Positions 25,721 to 38,345 of a DNA stretch of 64,000 bases are shown piece by piece (the stretch's first letter is position 1; every line of letters begins with the position of its first letter). The notes under the pieces are model-generated. The model had not been told where the DNA came from. It worked only from the letters and a program-made list of their open reading frames with translations, and ran no database searches. Source of the DNA: Carcharhinus amblyrhynchos (lineage: Eukaryota); the NCBI GenBank assembly GCA_965287045.1, contig OZ336881.1, positions 21,390,001 to 21,454,000 of the forward strand, written 5' to 3'. The position numbers and the translations under genes were made by a program.

Positions 25721-27344
25721 GTTTCTCTTTATTCTTAAAATTTTACTCTATTCATGAAGTTACAAAGCTAATGTGCAGAGTGGACCAGGCGAACCCTTAA
25801 TCCAGCTTCTTGCTTGCTCCAAAAACTGATTCAAACTGAATCTAATTCAGGATCCCACAAGAGATGATCTTTATGATCGGGGGGGTTTAATTCAAAAAGC
25901 CCTGATTTCTCCTCTGACCACCCATCCATAATCAGAAAGGTGTTTGGAAGTTGATTTCTTTCTCCCCTTTTAAATGGTGGTGTGTTTTCCAACCCCTCGG
26001 TTTTGTAGTGATCCAATTTTTACTAACAACTCCACAGCAAACTTGGCAGGATGAACACAAAGAGGTGAATTATTTGCACATACACAAATGCGGGATAAGG
26101 ATATCAATTTTGCCTTCTTTGCATTCATGCAATAAAAACTGGATAGAGAAAAGAGAGATTTAGGGGGCAAAGACCACAGGAAAAATAATCATTGTTTTAC
26201 GTGAGTTCAAAGTCCGGAATCAAAGTCCAATGAGGTATTCCTTCACTAAGGTTGGATGGCTGAAACCAATGCTGTATAATTCTCTTTTCCAGTGGAGCTA
26301 ACTTCACGAGTAGATAGGCACACAGTGATTAATCAGTCTTGTAGGCGAAGGTACCAAAGTTCCAGCATAAACAGTGTTGGCCAGACATCCGTGTAGAATC
26401 CCTTTTCTGCGCTGCTGCTTGTTATTGGTCAGATGACAAACTGAACTTTGCAGTTCCACAGTCAATATAACTGGTTCCATCAGCTAGAGGTTCCTGTCAC
26501 TAATTCCTATCTCTCTACATTGTCTTTGACAATGTACCTCCTCCCTCCGGGTTTGCACAATGTTAAATATTCCAACCATTAATACTGGAAAGGAAAGTTT
26601 TGGGGTTCTTTGTCCTCGCAGCCAAATAGACTCTGGTTGGCCACCTGGGGGATTAGGAAATGCAGATAGCCTTCGTATAGTTCTCTTTGAATTTGACCTA
26701 CAGGGGGTGGTTAGTGTCTCTTCGGAGGTAACACTGCAAGATTTTGTGATACTGCCAAGGCAGATCCTTTTGTTTGAGGGTCACAGTCAGACATAGCTTC
26801 AGCCCTTTTAAAAGGTCTTTGTCCAATTTTAAAATTTTAGGAATCAGCCATGAGGATAGCTATATACAGTTTATAAAAAATATACAGGGTTAGGTCTTAA
26901 TTCCCTGACAATATACAGTGACTTCTCAGATTTTACTTCTCTGTAGAAGGGTATCTGGTTTACTTAGCATCACACAAAGATAACATGAAATGCTACAATG
27001 TAGAAGAATCACAAGCACAATACTATGACACATCACTGTGGTGAAAAATACTGGAATGTAACCCATCCGAATATATTTTTACAGTGGACAGACAAGCGGC
27101 CTACTGTGGTACTGAGCTTGAGAGAAAGAAATTCCCAGTTTCAATGCTGGTCTGTATTGAAGGAGCCAGAAAAGATAAACAATGAAAACTGGAAGCTAAA
27201 AGCACTCGAGCCTAAGGTACTGAAAGATGAGATAAGCTGAAAAGAACATCAAGAGTGAAAAGTCAGGAGGACAGATCAAATACCAGGAGAAGCGCTATGG
27301 GAGGTGGAAAACAGTTTATGCATTTAAAGAGATTGCTGATGAGA

Positions 27345-27718
27345 TATGTCTGTATAGCACGCAAGAAACAATACTTTTCACTGTATGTTAATACATGTGA
27401 CAATAATAAATCAAATCAAATCAATATAGAAACATAGAAAAACATAGAAACATAGAACAGTACAGCACAGTACAGGCCCTTCAGCCCTCAATGTTGTGCC
27501 CAGCTATGTCCAAACCCAAGATCAAGCTAACCCTCTCCCTATCATTCTGGTGTGCTCCGTGTGCCTATCCAATAACCGCTTAAAGTTCCTAAATTGTCCG
27601 AATCCACTATCACAGCAGGCAGTGCATTCCACACCCCAACCACTCCCTGAGTAAAGAATCTACCTCGGACATCCCTCCTATATTTCCCACCATGAGCCTT
27701 ATAATTATGCCCCCTAAT
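27345..27718. mobile_element. Rex1-like tail (+, 27345-27425) tail-to-tail with a CR1 3' end (-, 27427-27718)
   Basis: tgtgacaataataaatcaaatcaaatcaa followed by (catagaaa)n and minus-strand RGHNYK...GRFFTQGVVGVWNALP. Confidence 0.75.
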
Positions 27719-27829
27719 ATGAACAACAGTTGGATGGCTTTGTGAGTGGACCATATCTGAGATGGTCACATTGCCCAAGATAGCAGGCACAGAGGAGTGT
27801 TCAAAACATTGCACACCACAACTCATCAG

Positions 27830-29235
27830 TCATAAATCTAAAGTACTACTTGACATCATCAGGCAGAGAGTCACACCCTTACATAAACAGAGAAGTGACA
27901 GAGGAGCAGTTTGGCTTCATTCCTGGAAAGGGCACAACTGATGGTATTCTTGTGCTCAGAAATCCCATGAAAAAATGTGAAAATAAGCAGCTTTAGCTCA
28001 CATTAATAGATTATGCCAAAGTTTTCAACACTGTCCAGCATGTTTTTCTACTTCTAGTCTTTAGTATATCCAAATATCTTGTGTGGCTAATTAAAAGCTA
28101 TATAGAAATGCATCAGGAGTCTGAAAAGCGAGTCATACAGGGATGTTTTCTGTCACCCATGCTGTTTAATACTGTGGGAGAGAAGATAATGTGGATCATG
28201 CAAAATAGTTAACTGAGAGATGTGACTGCACCATACAAGGTCATTGCATATGGAATCTCAGACTGCAGACAACATCACATTCACAGCCAGAACAAATGAA
28301 GAGACTATAGCAGGTCTCATCAAAAGACACAGTGGCTGGAATTTTCCCATCCTGTCCACCACGGGAATCATAGCAGGCGGGACACAGAACATGCAAAGGT
28401 CCGTTGACCTCGGGTGGGATTTTCCAGTTTTGGGGCGAGCGCAGCCGGAGAATCTCGCCCAGTGAGTCCATTGGCCTGAATATTAATGAAGCAAAGACCA
28501 ATGTTGGCTCAATGATAAAGACCAAAGTTACCTCCAGGAATGGAGTCCAAGTTAGATTAGCTACAGCAAACAGTGTTCCCAGTGATTTAAGTAGCATCTG
28601 GAAGTTCAAAACCATCAGTGTGAAGCTGGAAAAACTTCTAGTCCAATCACTGGAGTGGAGTGTTGCACTCCATGGATGTGAGAGTAGGACACTGAAGAAA
28701 GGGGATAACAGCTTTTGAAATGTGGGTTTGGCAGAAGATGCTCAGAGTCGGCCTAGTGGAAGGGTTGCTAAGTGAGAGAGGGAAAGCTAGCCAAGTACGA
28801 ATTGACAGCCTTGCCCTGGCAACAACTGAAGGAGAAACTGATGGTGAAAACAGAAGAGGGAGAAGAAAAGTCAGATGGGAGGATTACATTGAGTTGTGGC
28901 CTCAAACAGACTTGAAGAAAGCCAGAGAGGCAAGAGGATGTCACCAGTCCCACTAAGGCTATGATGAAAACAAATGAATAGACTATTCAGTTAGTTGGTT
29001 TCATATGGGCACCCACTAGGCTGCTTGGTGTTCAGTTCAGAAACCGGAACTAGGTTCCTGTGTATAATCACCTTCCCTGCTTCACCCCCTGATGGAAAAT
29101 GCCCATTTGTAGACATTGTATGGACAACATCACTCAGAACAAAGAAAGAAAGAGCTAGAGACCATTGCAGGCCTCATCAAAAGACACAGTGAGTTTTTTG
29201 GACTGATCATTAATGAAGCAAAGACCAATGTAATG
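27830..29235 (+). mobile_element. Highly degenerate RTE-like LINE with a partial duplication at about 29090-29235
   Basis: EEQFGFIPGKGTTDGI, IDYAKVF, QGCFLSPMLF, HGCESRTLKK, GENRRGRRKVRWED. Confidence 0.65.
28334..28460. mobile_element. 127-bp MITE, PIF/Harbinger-like
   Basis: Imperfect TIRs ggctggaattttcc / ggagaatctcgccc and 3-bp TSD AGT. An empty site is visible at about 29188. Related copy at 53467-53594. Confidence 0.7.
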
Positions 29236-30149
29236 GCTTTAAGTCAGGGTAAAAAAAACACCGAGATGGAAATACCTTGGCTTGACGACAAAGACAAAAT
29301 TTACATTGTGGGATCAGGCATACTTGCAATGTTCTCCACAGTTAAATACCCTGATGAAATTTTTGCCTCAGGCATGATCAAGGTAATAGTGTCTCTCAGG
29401 ATATCACTTGTTCGATGACCTCATTGGTTTCAGGCATTAGCACTTTTGATTGGCTGGGGCACCTTAAGAATGAATAAAGAGGATTCCTTGGGAAAGTAAG
29501 TTACTTAAGCATCACCACTCAACCAACACTTAGCTCCAGAGTCATACCAATGGAGAGTCACTGGAAAAGACTATTAGCTAGGAACTGCTCAGCTGTGATG
29601 AAATAAACTCATTCTCAATAGGTGAATATTCATTGAAGTTAATTGAAAAGCAGAAAAATTACAAAAATATTTCAACCATGCAGCTGATTTCCATTTCTGA
29701 AGATAATTACAGCTCCTCAGTCTAACTTCAGGCAAAATTAGTGGGTGGGCCCATTCCTATTTAATGCAATATACAGTATTTACTTGGGAAGCTTTGGATA
29801 ATATTTTCACTTATTAAATAATTATACAGCTTTACATTCACAGCTCAAAACTTCCAGACACACATCAGCATTCCAAGTACTATGAATATATTAAATTCAC
29901 AGGCAGGAAAAGACAAGTGGAGGGATACATCAACCCCCCACCCCTCACTAATAACTAGCTCCCCTCTATCTCTCTCTTTCCCAGCCATATAATCATCTGG
30001 GAGGGGGAAAAGCCCAAAAAAAATTCAACACTAACAAAGAAAAAAATGAACCTGAACATTTTTCTCCAAATTGCTATTATTCTGCATACTTTCTTGCATC
30101 TGGACATTTTCTATGAGTAGTGTTGACCATTGAAACTGAGAATTAGTGG

Positions 30150-31385
30150 TGAACTGATGTTATGCTCCAGTTGTACAGACTACTGGTGAGACCATATTAC
30201 AGCACTGTGTATAATTTTGTTCTCCTTTTTTTAAGCAAAGATGTAAATATATTGGAAGCAGTTCAGGGAAAGTTTTATGACACTAATACGTGGAACAGGA
30301 AGGTTCGACTTATGAGGAAAGAATGGACAGGCTAGGCTTTTACTCCTTGGAGTTTAGAAGAGCAAGTGACAACTTTATTGAAAAATAAGATCCTGAGGGA
30401 GTCTTAACAGGGTGGATATGGAGAGGACTAGGGGTCACAATTTAAAAATTAGCGGGTGCCCATTTAACCATTTAAGACAGAGATAAAAATTATTTCCTGA
30501 GGGTGGTGAGTTTTTGGAATGCTTGTGACACTAGCGTACATTTAAGAAATGTATTTTGTTTGAAATCATGTTCTTTGCAGTTTGTAAGCAGGTTTTTTTA
30601 AATTGTTGCTGAGCTGTTTGCTTACAAGTCCTTTTATCGCTGCTTCAATGGTTTAAATGGGGTTTTAGTTTAGACTAAAAGCGATGTTTCTGTTTTTCTC
30701 TCTCCCTGGTATTGTGAATTCTGCTGGCTAGCTAGAACAGCTGTTCTGACTTCAAGCTTGTCTGTGTGTTTATCAAGAAGGCTGCTGGAAGTTACAAGCT
30801 GGGAAGTCAGAATTTCAATTCTCTAACCAAAGGACTAAGTTCCATCATGTGAGCATTCGTATTTTTTGTGCTAAACCTGTGGCAAGGGCCTTGTTTAAGG
30901 AGATTTGTTTGGTTGGAATATTTCATATATTTGTTGAGGGTTATACAATGTTATGGTTGTTTTTTTTCCTTGTTTGTAATTGGTTGAAGTTATTGCTATA
31001 TGTTAACTGTATTCTTAAATAAACTGTTTTAGAAAAGCTCCCTAGTGGGTCAGTTGAATCATACCTGAAGTGAAATATCTCATGCTTACCCTAGCCAAAT
31101 TTAAATTGTAAAACTTATGATTCAGGCAGACTTCATAAAACACTTTGGAGTTTCTGGCCTGAATTATAACACATTCTTCCTCTAAAGGTAACAGAAGCAG
31201 AACCTTTGAATATATTTAAGGCAGAACTAGATAGATTCTTGATCAGCAAGGGAGTAAAAGGATAATTAGGAGTAGGTGGGAATGTGGAGGGGGTTATAAT
31301 CGGATCGGCCATGATTCAATTGAATGACAGAGCAGGTTTAAAGGGCTCAGTGGAGTACTCATCCTCCTAAATCTTATGTCCATAT
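30150..31385 (+). mobile_element. CR1 3' fragment split by a solo LTR
   Basis: CR1 motifs at 30150-30523 continue at 31172-31385. Confidence 0.75.
30524..31171 (+). mobile_element. Probable solo LTR
   Basis: 648-bp insert interrupting a CR1, starts TGTGAC and ends TAACA, internal AATAAA at about 31018. No clean TSD seen. Confidence 0.55.
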
Positions 31386-31419
31386 GAACTTGTAAACTGG
31401 GGCCTGTGGACAGATTTCA

Positions 31420-32290
31420 CAGCATTGTAGAATCTCTTCCAGTCTTTGTTGTCTGCATAAGTTTGTCTATTTTCTGATTCAGCCAAGTGTCTTGCATCAC
31501 TCTGAGCTTGCATTGCATACATTTTGGTCGGCGTTATGCTTGGATAGTGATGGCTTGTAAACCCTGTAGAGATGTTTCTTCTCCAGTAGTTTCTGATTTA
31601 CTTCATTGTTTTCACTGAAACGATCTTGATGCTTACAAGATCTAGGGCTGAAGGCCTTTAGAGTGTTGGAATACATTACATCCCTTACAGTTACGCAGTC
31701 ATCCTCAAAGCAGTGAGGGTCCATTTTCATTGTATACAGGTGACACAAGAGTTTCTTAGAGAGGTTCCTTCATGACTACTTGTTTGAACCTTGAGATTCT
31801 GAAATAATTCTGGACATCCATGCTCTGGGGTTAGTTCGGGAGATAGAGTTTGAAGCTTTTAAAAACACGGATCACCCTGGACCATTACTCTTACAACTGC
31901 CAACTCAGTTTATTCTGAAGACTCTTTCTCATACCTGATGATCTGCAACAACGCTTGCACAGAAGCCACCAAGAATGATTAGCTTGTCTGATTTTGGCAC
32001 TGTAGCAATCAAGGCATAGAGGTCATCACAGAAATTATTCTTTACTTCCACAGGGTTGGAGATGATCAAGGCACAAATACTGAAAGTCACTTGCCTGTTA
32101 TCACGCACAGGAAGTTTAAACATTGCCAGACCATCATTAATATCCTTGGAAAAGCAAATCAACTTACTGATGAGATGGTTCATGACAGCAAAGCCTATCT
32201 AGTTTTGTGTCATTCTTCTGTTCCATTCCAGTGCAAAATAATTTGTAACCTGTACTGTTTTCCTTCTGTTGATCCTCTTCAAGTAAACAA
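31420..32290 (-). mobile_element. Degenerate RTE/BovB-like LINE (endonuclease region)
   Basis: VKNNFCDDLYALIATVPKSDKLIILGGFCASV and RSCKHQDRFSENNEV in minus-strand ORFs. Confidence 0.7.
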
Positions 32291-32294
32291 GGCA

Positions 32295-33720
32295 TAGAAC
32301 CATGGAAAATAGGAGCAGGAGCAGGCCATTCAGCCCCGAGTCTACACTGATCCTATATCTCAACACCATACCACCGTACTTCTGCTCTCTTCACATTTAG
32401 TATATAGAAAATTATCTATTTCTTTCTTAAATATATTCAGTGACTTGGTCTCTACAGCCTTCTGTGATGGACAATTCCACAAGTTCATTGTCCTCTGAGT
32501 GAAGAAGTTTCTCCTTATCTCAGTTGTAATTAGCTTACCTCATATCCTGAGACTATAACCCATTTCCGGACCTCACATCCATCGGAGACATCATCCCTGC
32601 ATCCAGTCTATCATACGTTCCCCTCTTATTCATCTAACCTTGAGTGACTAATGGCCCAGTTGACCCATCTCTCCTCATATGACAATCCTGCCATCTCAGG
32701 AATCAGTCTAATGAACCTTGGCTGCAGTCTGACAGGTATATCCTTTCTTAGGTAAGGAGACCAAAACTGTACATAGTACTCCAGGTGTGGTCTCAGCAAG
32801 CCCCTGTACAGCTGCAGTAAGACTTCCTTATTCCTATACTCAAATTGTCTAGCACTGAAGACCAACATACCATTTGCCTTCCTAAATTTTGCCAACATGC
32901 ATAGAATCCCTTCAGTGTAGGAGGCCATTCAACCATTGAGTCTGCACCAAAGCATTATCTTGCCCCCAACTCATCCCATGTACTTACCCAGCTAACCATC
33001 TAATCTACATATCTTGGGATACTAACAGCGATTTAGCATGGCCAATCCACCTAACCTGCACTTCTTTGGATTGTGGGAGGAAACTGGAGCACCTGGTGGA
33101 AACCCACACAGACATGAGAAGAACATGAAAACTCCACTCAGTCACCCAAGGCTGGAATCAAATCCGGATCCCTGGTGTTGTGACGCAGCAGTGCTAACCA
33201 CTGTGCCACCTTTTCAGTGCATGCTTGCTTTCAGTGACTGGTGTACAACAACATCCAGGTTTCTTTGAACTTCACACACTACCCAAACTACCACTGTTTA
33301 AATATTACTCTGCCAATCTGCTTTTCCTACTGAAGTGAGTAAGTTCACAGTTGTCCATGTTATACTACATCTGTCACGTATTTGTCCACTCATTCAACTT
33401 GTCTAAATCACTCTGAAGCCTCTTTTCTCATAGGACAGCACAGTCATTGCAGGAATCAATCTCGTGAACATTTATTGCTCCCCCTGAAGCTTTTCTTCAG
33501 GAAGGGGACCAGTAACGTACAGAGTACTCCAGGTAGGTTCTCATCAGAGGCCTATATAACTGCTGTCAGATTTCCTTACTCTTATACACCAACCCACCAG
33601 CAATATCATTTGCCTTTCTAATGGCTGAATGTGAATATTTTATGATTTGTACATAAGAATTTCAAAATCTCCTTGAACGTAATAGTTACTTGCTTTTAAA
33701 ATTATTTTGTTTATTCCTTT
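32295..33720 (-). mobile_element. CR1 fragments with a nested HE1 SINE (32900-33212)
   Basis: LLQLYRGLLRPHLEYYVQFWSPYLRKD. The SINE interrupts the coding remnant. Confidence 0.8.
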
Positions 33721-33727
33721 GCCATGT

Positions 33728-34989
33728 TGTAGTATTAGGATTGAAAGGGTTAATGTGTGGGACAGTGTAAACAACACTGTCCATAATGATGATGTAAGAG
33801 ACACAGGACCAAGTATTGAAAGGGATAATACTGATAAGGCTTAGATAGGGTAACATTCAACCATGTGTCTGTGTATAGTTTTGTGATATCCAATACATTA
33901 GTTATTGTTAGACAAACTAGTTATTATTAGACATACCAACGTTAGTAATCATTTCTAAGTCAGGCCAACCAACATACAACATGGTGGTCATGTTGATGGC
34001 AGACATGATAGATCCCAAAATCGCAAAGAATCTGCTTTACAAGTTTGAACTGGGAAAGTGGTGCCAAAATTGCAGAACTTGGTAAGACAGTTGGAGAACT
34101 CCAAAAGCTGCTCCATAGACAAAGTGGAGGCAGAAAGAGTCAGAACTGTTCACCTCATTAAGGATTGCACCACAGCATATTTTGGTCTGTGAAGAAAATC
34201 CCGGTCCCAGTGCTAGAGTAAAAGAACAAAGCAAAGGTCATGGAACTGGTGAGCAACCCTTAAAAAGGGTAGAAATCTAGCTTTTAATGGGACATTAGGC
34301 AGGCAGCACTGGCCAAATCATATTCTTGGCTCGTGCATGTTTTGATAGATCCTGCAGTCTGGCTTCAAATTCATTACACTTGGTGACAGTGAGGTAGCAA
34401 ACTGAAAAGAAATACTCAATGTTCTGGGGGAAAGGGATGAAGAGAGAAGCAAGGCAGAAAAGCAATTGTCCAGAGGGCTGACAGTCAGAGATCTTATGCA
34501 GTACATACTTCAGAAGGTATATAAAAAACTGGAGAAATCTCATCTCTATTCCTCAAAAGTGTCCATCAGTCAGAAATTTGGAACAACTAGATGCTACAAT
34601 TCTCAATAGAGATCAACCAAGTCAAGAAAAATAAGTTGCAAGAGAAACTATTGATCTTCCAAATGTGACAAAAACCTGATCAGGGAGAGTGGTGAAGCCT
34701 CCTGACAGATCAAATCAAATGTCAAGAGACTTGGGGGAGGGGAAAGAGTTGATATATATATATATTATTCAGAGAGAGAGAAAACAAAATGTAGGATTAG
34801 GGTTGAAATGGTTAATGTATGGGACTATGTAAGCATCACCACCTATTATAAGAAATACATGAAAAAGTGGAGTAGGAAAATGTTTCCAGTTTAGTCAGGT
34901 AACACCCAGTCATGTCATATCCAATAAACCAGTTGTTAGATGTACCAATGTCTCAGTAATCATTCCTCAAACCAGTCCAACATACAACA
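33728..34989 (+). mobile_element. Internally deleted LTR retrotransposon relic (Gypsy-like)
   Basis: Two diverged LTRs, 33728-33981 and 34790-34989 (tgtag.attagg.ttgaaa.ggttaatgt.tgggac ... ccaacatacaaca). PBS-like TGGTGG at 33982, integrase-end motif SGRVVKPPDR at about 34680, polypurine tract at about 34733-34747. Confidence 0.7.
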
Positions 34990-35290
34990 TGTCAGACCAT
35001 TTTGTCACTGAATTGATCAATATCGCCTGGCAGCATTCTTGGGTCCTCTATTTAGTTGCTGACTTACATCGGTTAACTAACCTTCAATTCATGAATGCAA
35101 ACTTGTATAATACCTTACTGTATCATGCCTTATCGAATGCTTTCTGAAAATACAAAATATACCCTCCACCCCCTCCTGCGTTAACAGCTCAATCACTGTG
35201 ATTTTCCAAATTGCCATAAAATCTGGCAATGTGATTAAAATAATGTCAACCCTGATCTGGTTATTTTTCAATTTCAGTTAAATGCAGCTA

Positions 35291-35545
35291 GGGGTGGCAC
35301 GGTGGTGAGCACTGCTACCTCACAGCACCAAGGAACTGGGTTCAATTCCTGGCTTGGATCATTGTGCAGATTCCACACATTCTCCCTGTGTCTGTCTGGG
35401 TTTCCTCTCAGTCTGAAAGATGTGTTGTTTAGGTAAATTCTCCCCCCAGTGTACCCGAACAGGCACCGGAGTGTGGTGACTGGGGGATTTTCACAGTAAC
35501 TTCATTGCTGTGTGAATCTGAGCCTACTTTTGACATGAATAATGA
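35291..35545 (+). mobile_element. HE1-like SINE, tail B, just upstream of the PET117 CpG island
   Basis: Head ggtggcacggtgg / gggttcaattcc, tail gtacccgaacagg...cacagtaacttcattgc. Confidence 0.85.
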
Positions 35546-35599
35546 AAGTAAGAAAACTACTCTTTGCTCTGGTGCTGCTACTCCAGCCTGGGAGCCCAG

Positions 35600-36120
35600 C
35601 GTTTCCATGGTGATGGTGATCGGTGCTCTCTGCACTCGGCCGCTTGGGCCTGGGGTCTGGTTGCCGGCGCTCGCTTTGCCCGGGTTTGGGTCTCTATGGT
35701 GACGGGCTGGGTGCCCCAGGCCGCAGGATGTCGGCCGTGTCCCGGGCGGTTCTCGGAGTGTCCGTGGTGCTGACAGTGGGCACGGTGGCCGGGGTCCACC
35801 TCAGGCAGCAGCTGGAGCGGGAGGTGGGTTCTTTCAGGCCGGGCTCCGAGCCGCCCGGACCGCAGGGTGAGGCCCGGGATTCCGGGCCCGCATCAAGATG
35901 GAGCCTCGCGTTGGAGTTTGGAGCCCGCTGCCGCTCACAGTGAAGCTCCGGCTCCGCCGCCCGGCAGGTTGTGGTTACAGAGGGTGAATGAGCGGTTACT
36001 GCCGGCCCCAGTGGCTGTGACCCCGCCGGGGGGGGGGGGGTCTGAGGGCACCCTGCAAACACGTGATGAGGGGGAGGGGAATTTAATTGAGCGCGAGGCG
36101 CAGAACGCTCTCCCCCCGGA
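35600..36120 (+). promoter_or_regulatory. CpG island / promoter of PET117-KAT14
   Basis: Dense CpG, GC-rich block around the PET117 start codon in otherwise CpG-poor DNA. Two RFX X-box-like motifs at 35601-35614 and 35690-35703. Confidence 0.75.
35728..35823 (+). CDS. PET117: PET117 exon 1 (cytochrome c oxidase assembly factor)
   Basis: MSAVSRAVLGVSVVLTVGTVAGVHLRQQLERE matches the PET117 transmembrane N-terminus (TVAGVH). Donor GAG|gtgggt, phase 0. Confidence 0.93.
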
Positions 36121-38345
36121 TCTCCCCCTCTCCCGGGAAAATCACCTCCCCACCCCCCGGGACACACACTCCTCCCCTCGATCCAATCTCCCCCTAACCT
36201 CGGGATCCCCTCGGGTTCCACCCAGCCCCCCTGGGATCCACCCTCCTCCACCACCCACCCCCGATACAGCGCCCCCCACCCCCGACCCATACCCTTTCTC
36301 TCTTCCCCCGGATCCATCCCCTCCTCCCCCCGCCACAGATCCATCCTCCCCTCCACGCCCCCCCCCCGTCCATCCCCTCCTCCCCCCCGCCCCCCCGATC
36401 CATCCCCTCCTCCCCCCCCCCCCCCCCCGATCCATCCCCTTCTCTCCCCCCTCCCCCCCATCCCTCCTCCCTTCCCCCCATCCCTCCTCCCTTCCCCCCT
36501 CCCCCTGCTTCCCTGCTCCCCCCATTCCCCTTTTCCCCCCCATTCCCCCCCCCATTCAGCACATCCGTCTCCCCGAGATCCAGCCCCCAGATTCACCCCC
36601 CCTCTGCCCACCCACAATCCACACCTCTCTCCTCCAGGATCCACCACCCTCCCCCCGGGCTCCACCACCCCATTTCCCCAGGATCCACCCCTCTCTCGGG
36701 ACCCAACTCCCGGATCTACAGCTCTCCCCCGCCCACCTGGAATCCACACCTCTTCCCTCCAGGATGCACTACCCCTGGGATCCGCCAGCCCCCTGGATTC
36801 TCCCTCCCCACCGGGATCCAACCCTCTCCCACCTGGGATTCATACCCCTCCCAACCGGGAACCACCCCAGCCACACAGGATCCCTCCCCCCTGGATCCGC
36901 GCCTCTTTCCCCCCGGATCCAACTCCCAGGGACCCTCCCCAGGGATCCTCCCCTTCCCTCCAAGGATCTCCGCTTCCCCCCCAGGAATCCTGACCATCAC
37001 TCCAGGGACCCTGCCTTCCCAACACCCAAGGGATCTCTCCCCCAACATCCTCTCCTCCCTCTCAGGGATCCTCCCCTATCCCTCCACGAATCCTTGCCTA
37101 TCCCTCCATGAATCCTTGCCTCCCCGCCAGCAATCCTCCCTTCCTAGTGATCCTCTCCCCCCACCAGGGATCCTCCCCCCACCTCGAGGGATCCAGCCTC
37201 CCTGGGTGCACCCTCCGGGGATCCACTCCTCCACCCAGGGATCCCCCATGGAATTCCCACACCCCTTCTGGAATCTCCCGTCCTGGGATCCCCTCCCTGT
37301 GGGTTCTACCCGTCCTTGGGGTGCGCCACTTTACCCTTGGATCCATCCCACCCCTGGTATCCATCCCCCCCGCCACCGGAATCGCCCGCCCCCACCGGAA
37401 TCCCCCCCCCCCCCCCCCCCCCCGAATCTATCCACCCCCCTCCTCCCCCCGGAATCTATCCACCCCCCTCCTCCCCCCGGAATCTATCCACCCCCCTCCT
37501 CCCCCCGGAATCTATTCACCCCCCTCCTCCCCCCGGAATCTATCCACCCCCCTCCTCCCCCCGGAATCTATCCACCCCCCTCCTCCCCCCGGAATCTATC
37601 CACCCCCCTCCTCCCCCCGGAATCTATCCACCCCCCTCCTCCCCCCGGAATCTATCCACCCCCCTCCTCCCCCCGGAATCTATCCTCCCCCCGGAATCTA
37701 TCCTCCCCCCGGAATCTATCCACCCCCCTCCTCCCCCCGGAATCTGTCCACCCCCCTCCTCCCCCCGGAATCTATCCACCCCCCTCCTCCCCCCGGAATC
37801 TATCCACCCCCCTCCTCCCCCCGGAATCTATCCACCCCCCTCCTCCCCCCGGAATCTATCCACCCCCCTCCTCCCCCCGGAATCTATCCACCACTTCCCC
37901 CTCCCTGGAGTCCATCCCCTAGCCCCAAGATCCACGCCTTCTCCCTGGTATCCACCGCCCTGGATCCATCCCTCCCCCTGGGCTCCACACCCATCCCCAC
38001 AGGATCCACCCTCCCGGGATCCAGCCCTGGGATCACCCCCTCCAGGATCCAACACTCATCCCCCGGGATCTAGCCCCCCCAGGATCATCCCCCTGGGATC
38101 CCTACTTGCTCAGGATCCTCTCCCTCCGGGAGCTCCCCCCTCCTTTCTGAATGTCACCCCTCCCCCCCCTAGATTTCCTTCCCTTCCTCCAGCCCCCCCC
38201 TCCCTGATCTCTCCCCCCAGATCTCTCTCCCTCCTGCCCTTGGATCTCTCCCACCCCCACCCCCCAGATCTCTCTCCTCCCACCCCAGTCTCTCCCCAGA
38301 TCCCCTTGGGATCTGTTCCCACTGCCCCCACCTTCCAGGTTCCCC
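36100..38345. repeat. C-rich low-complexity tract with recurring GGATC/GGAATC in PET117 intron 1
   Basis: C runs punctuated by ggatcc/ggatct/ggaatc every ~15-40 bp. Extreme C over G skew. Confidence 0.9.
37423..37892. repeat. 28-bp minisatellite (GGAATCTATCCACCCCCCTCCTCCCCCC)n
   Basis: Units start at 37451, 37479, 37507 and so on. About 17 copies, two of them shortened near 37675-37710. Confidence 0.95.

Noticed and set aside
37423-37892. Regular 28-bp repeat as a CRISPR-like array
   Set aside because: Units are directly adjacent with no unique spacers, there are no cas genes, and the context is eukaryotic.
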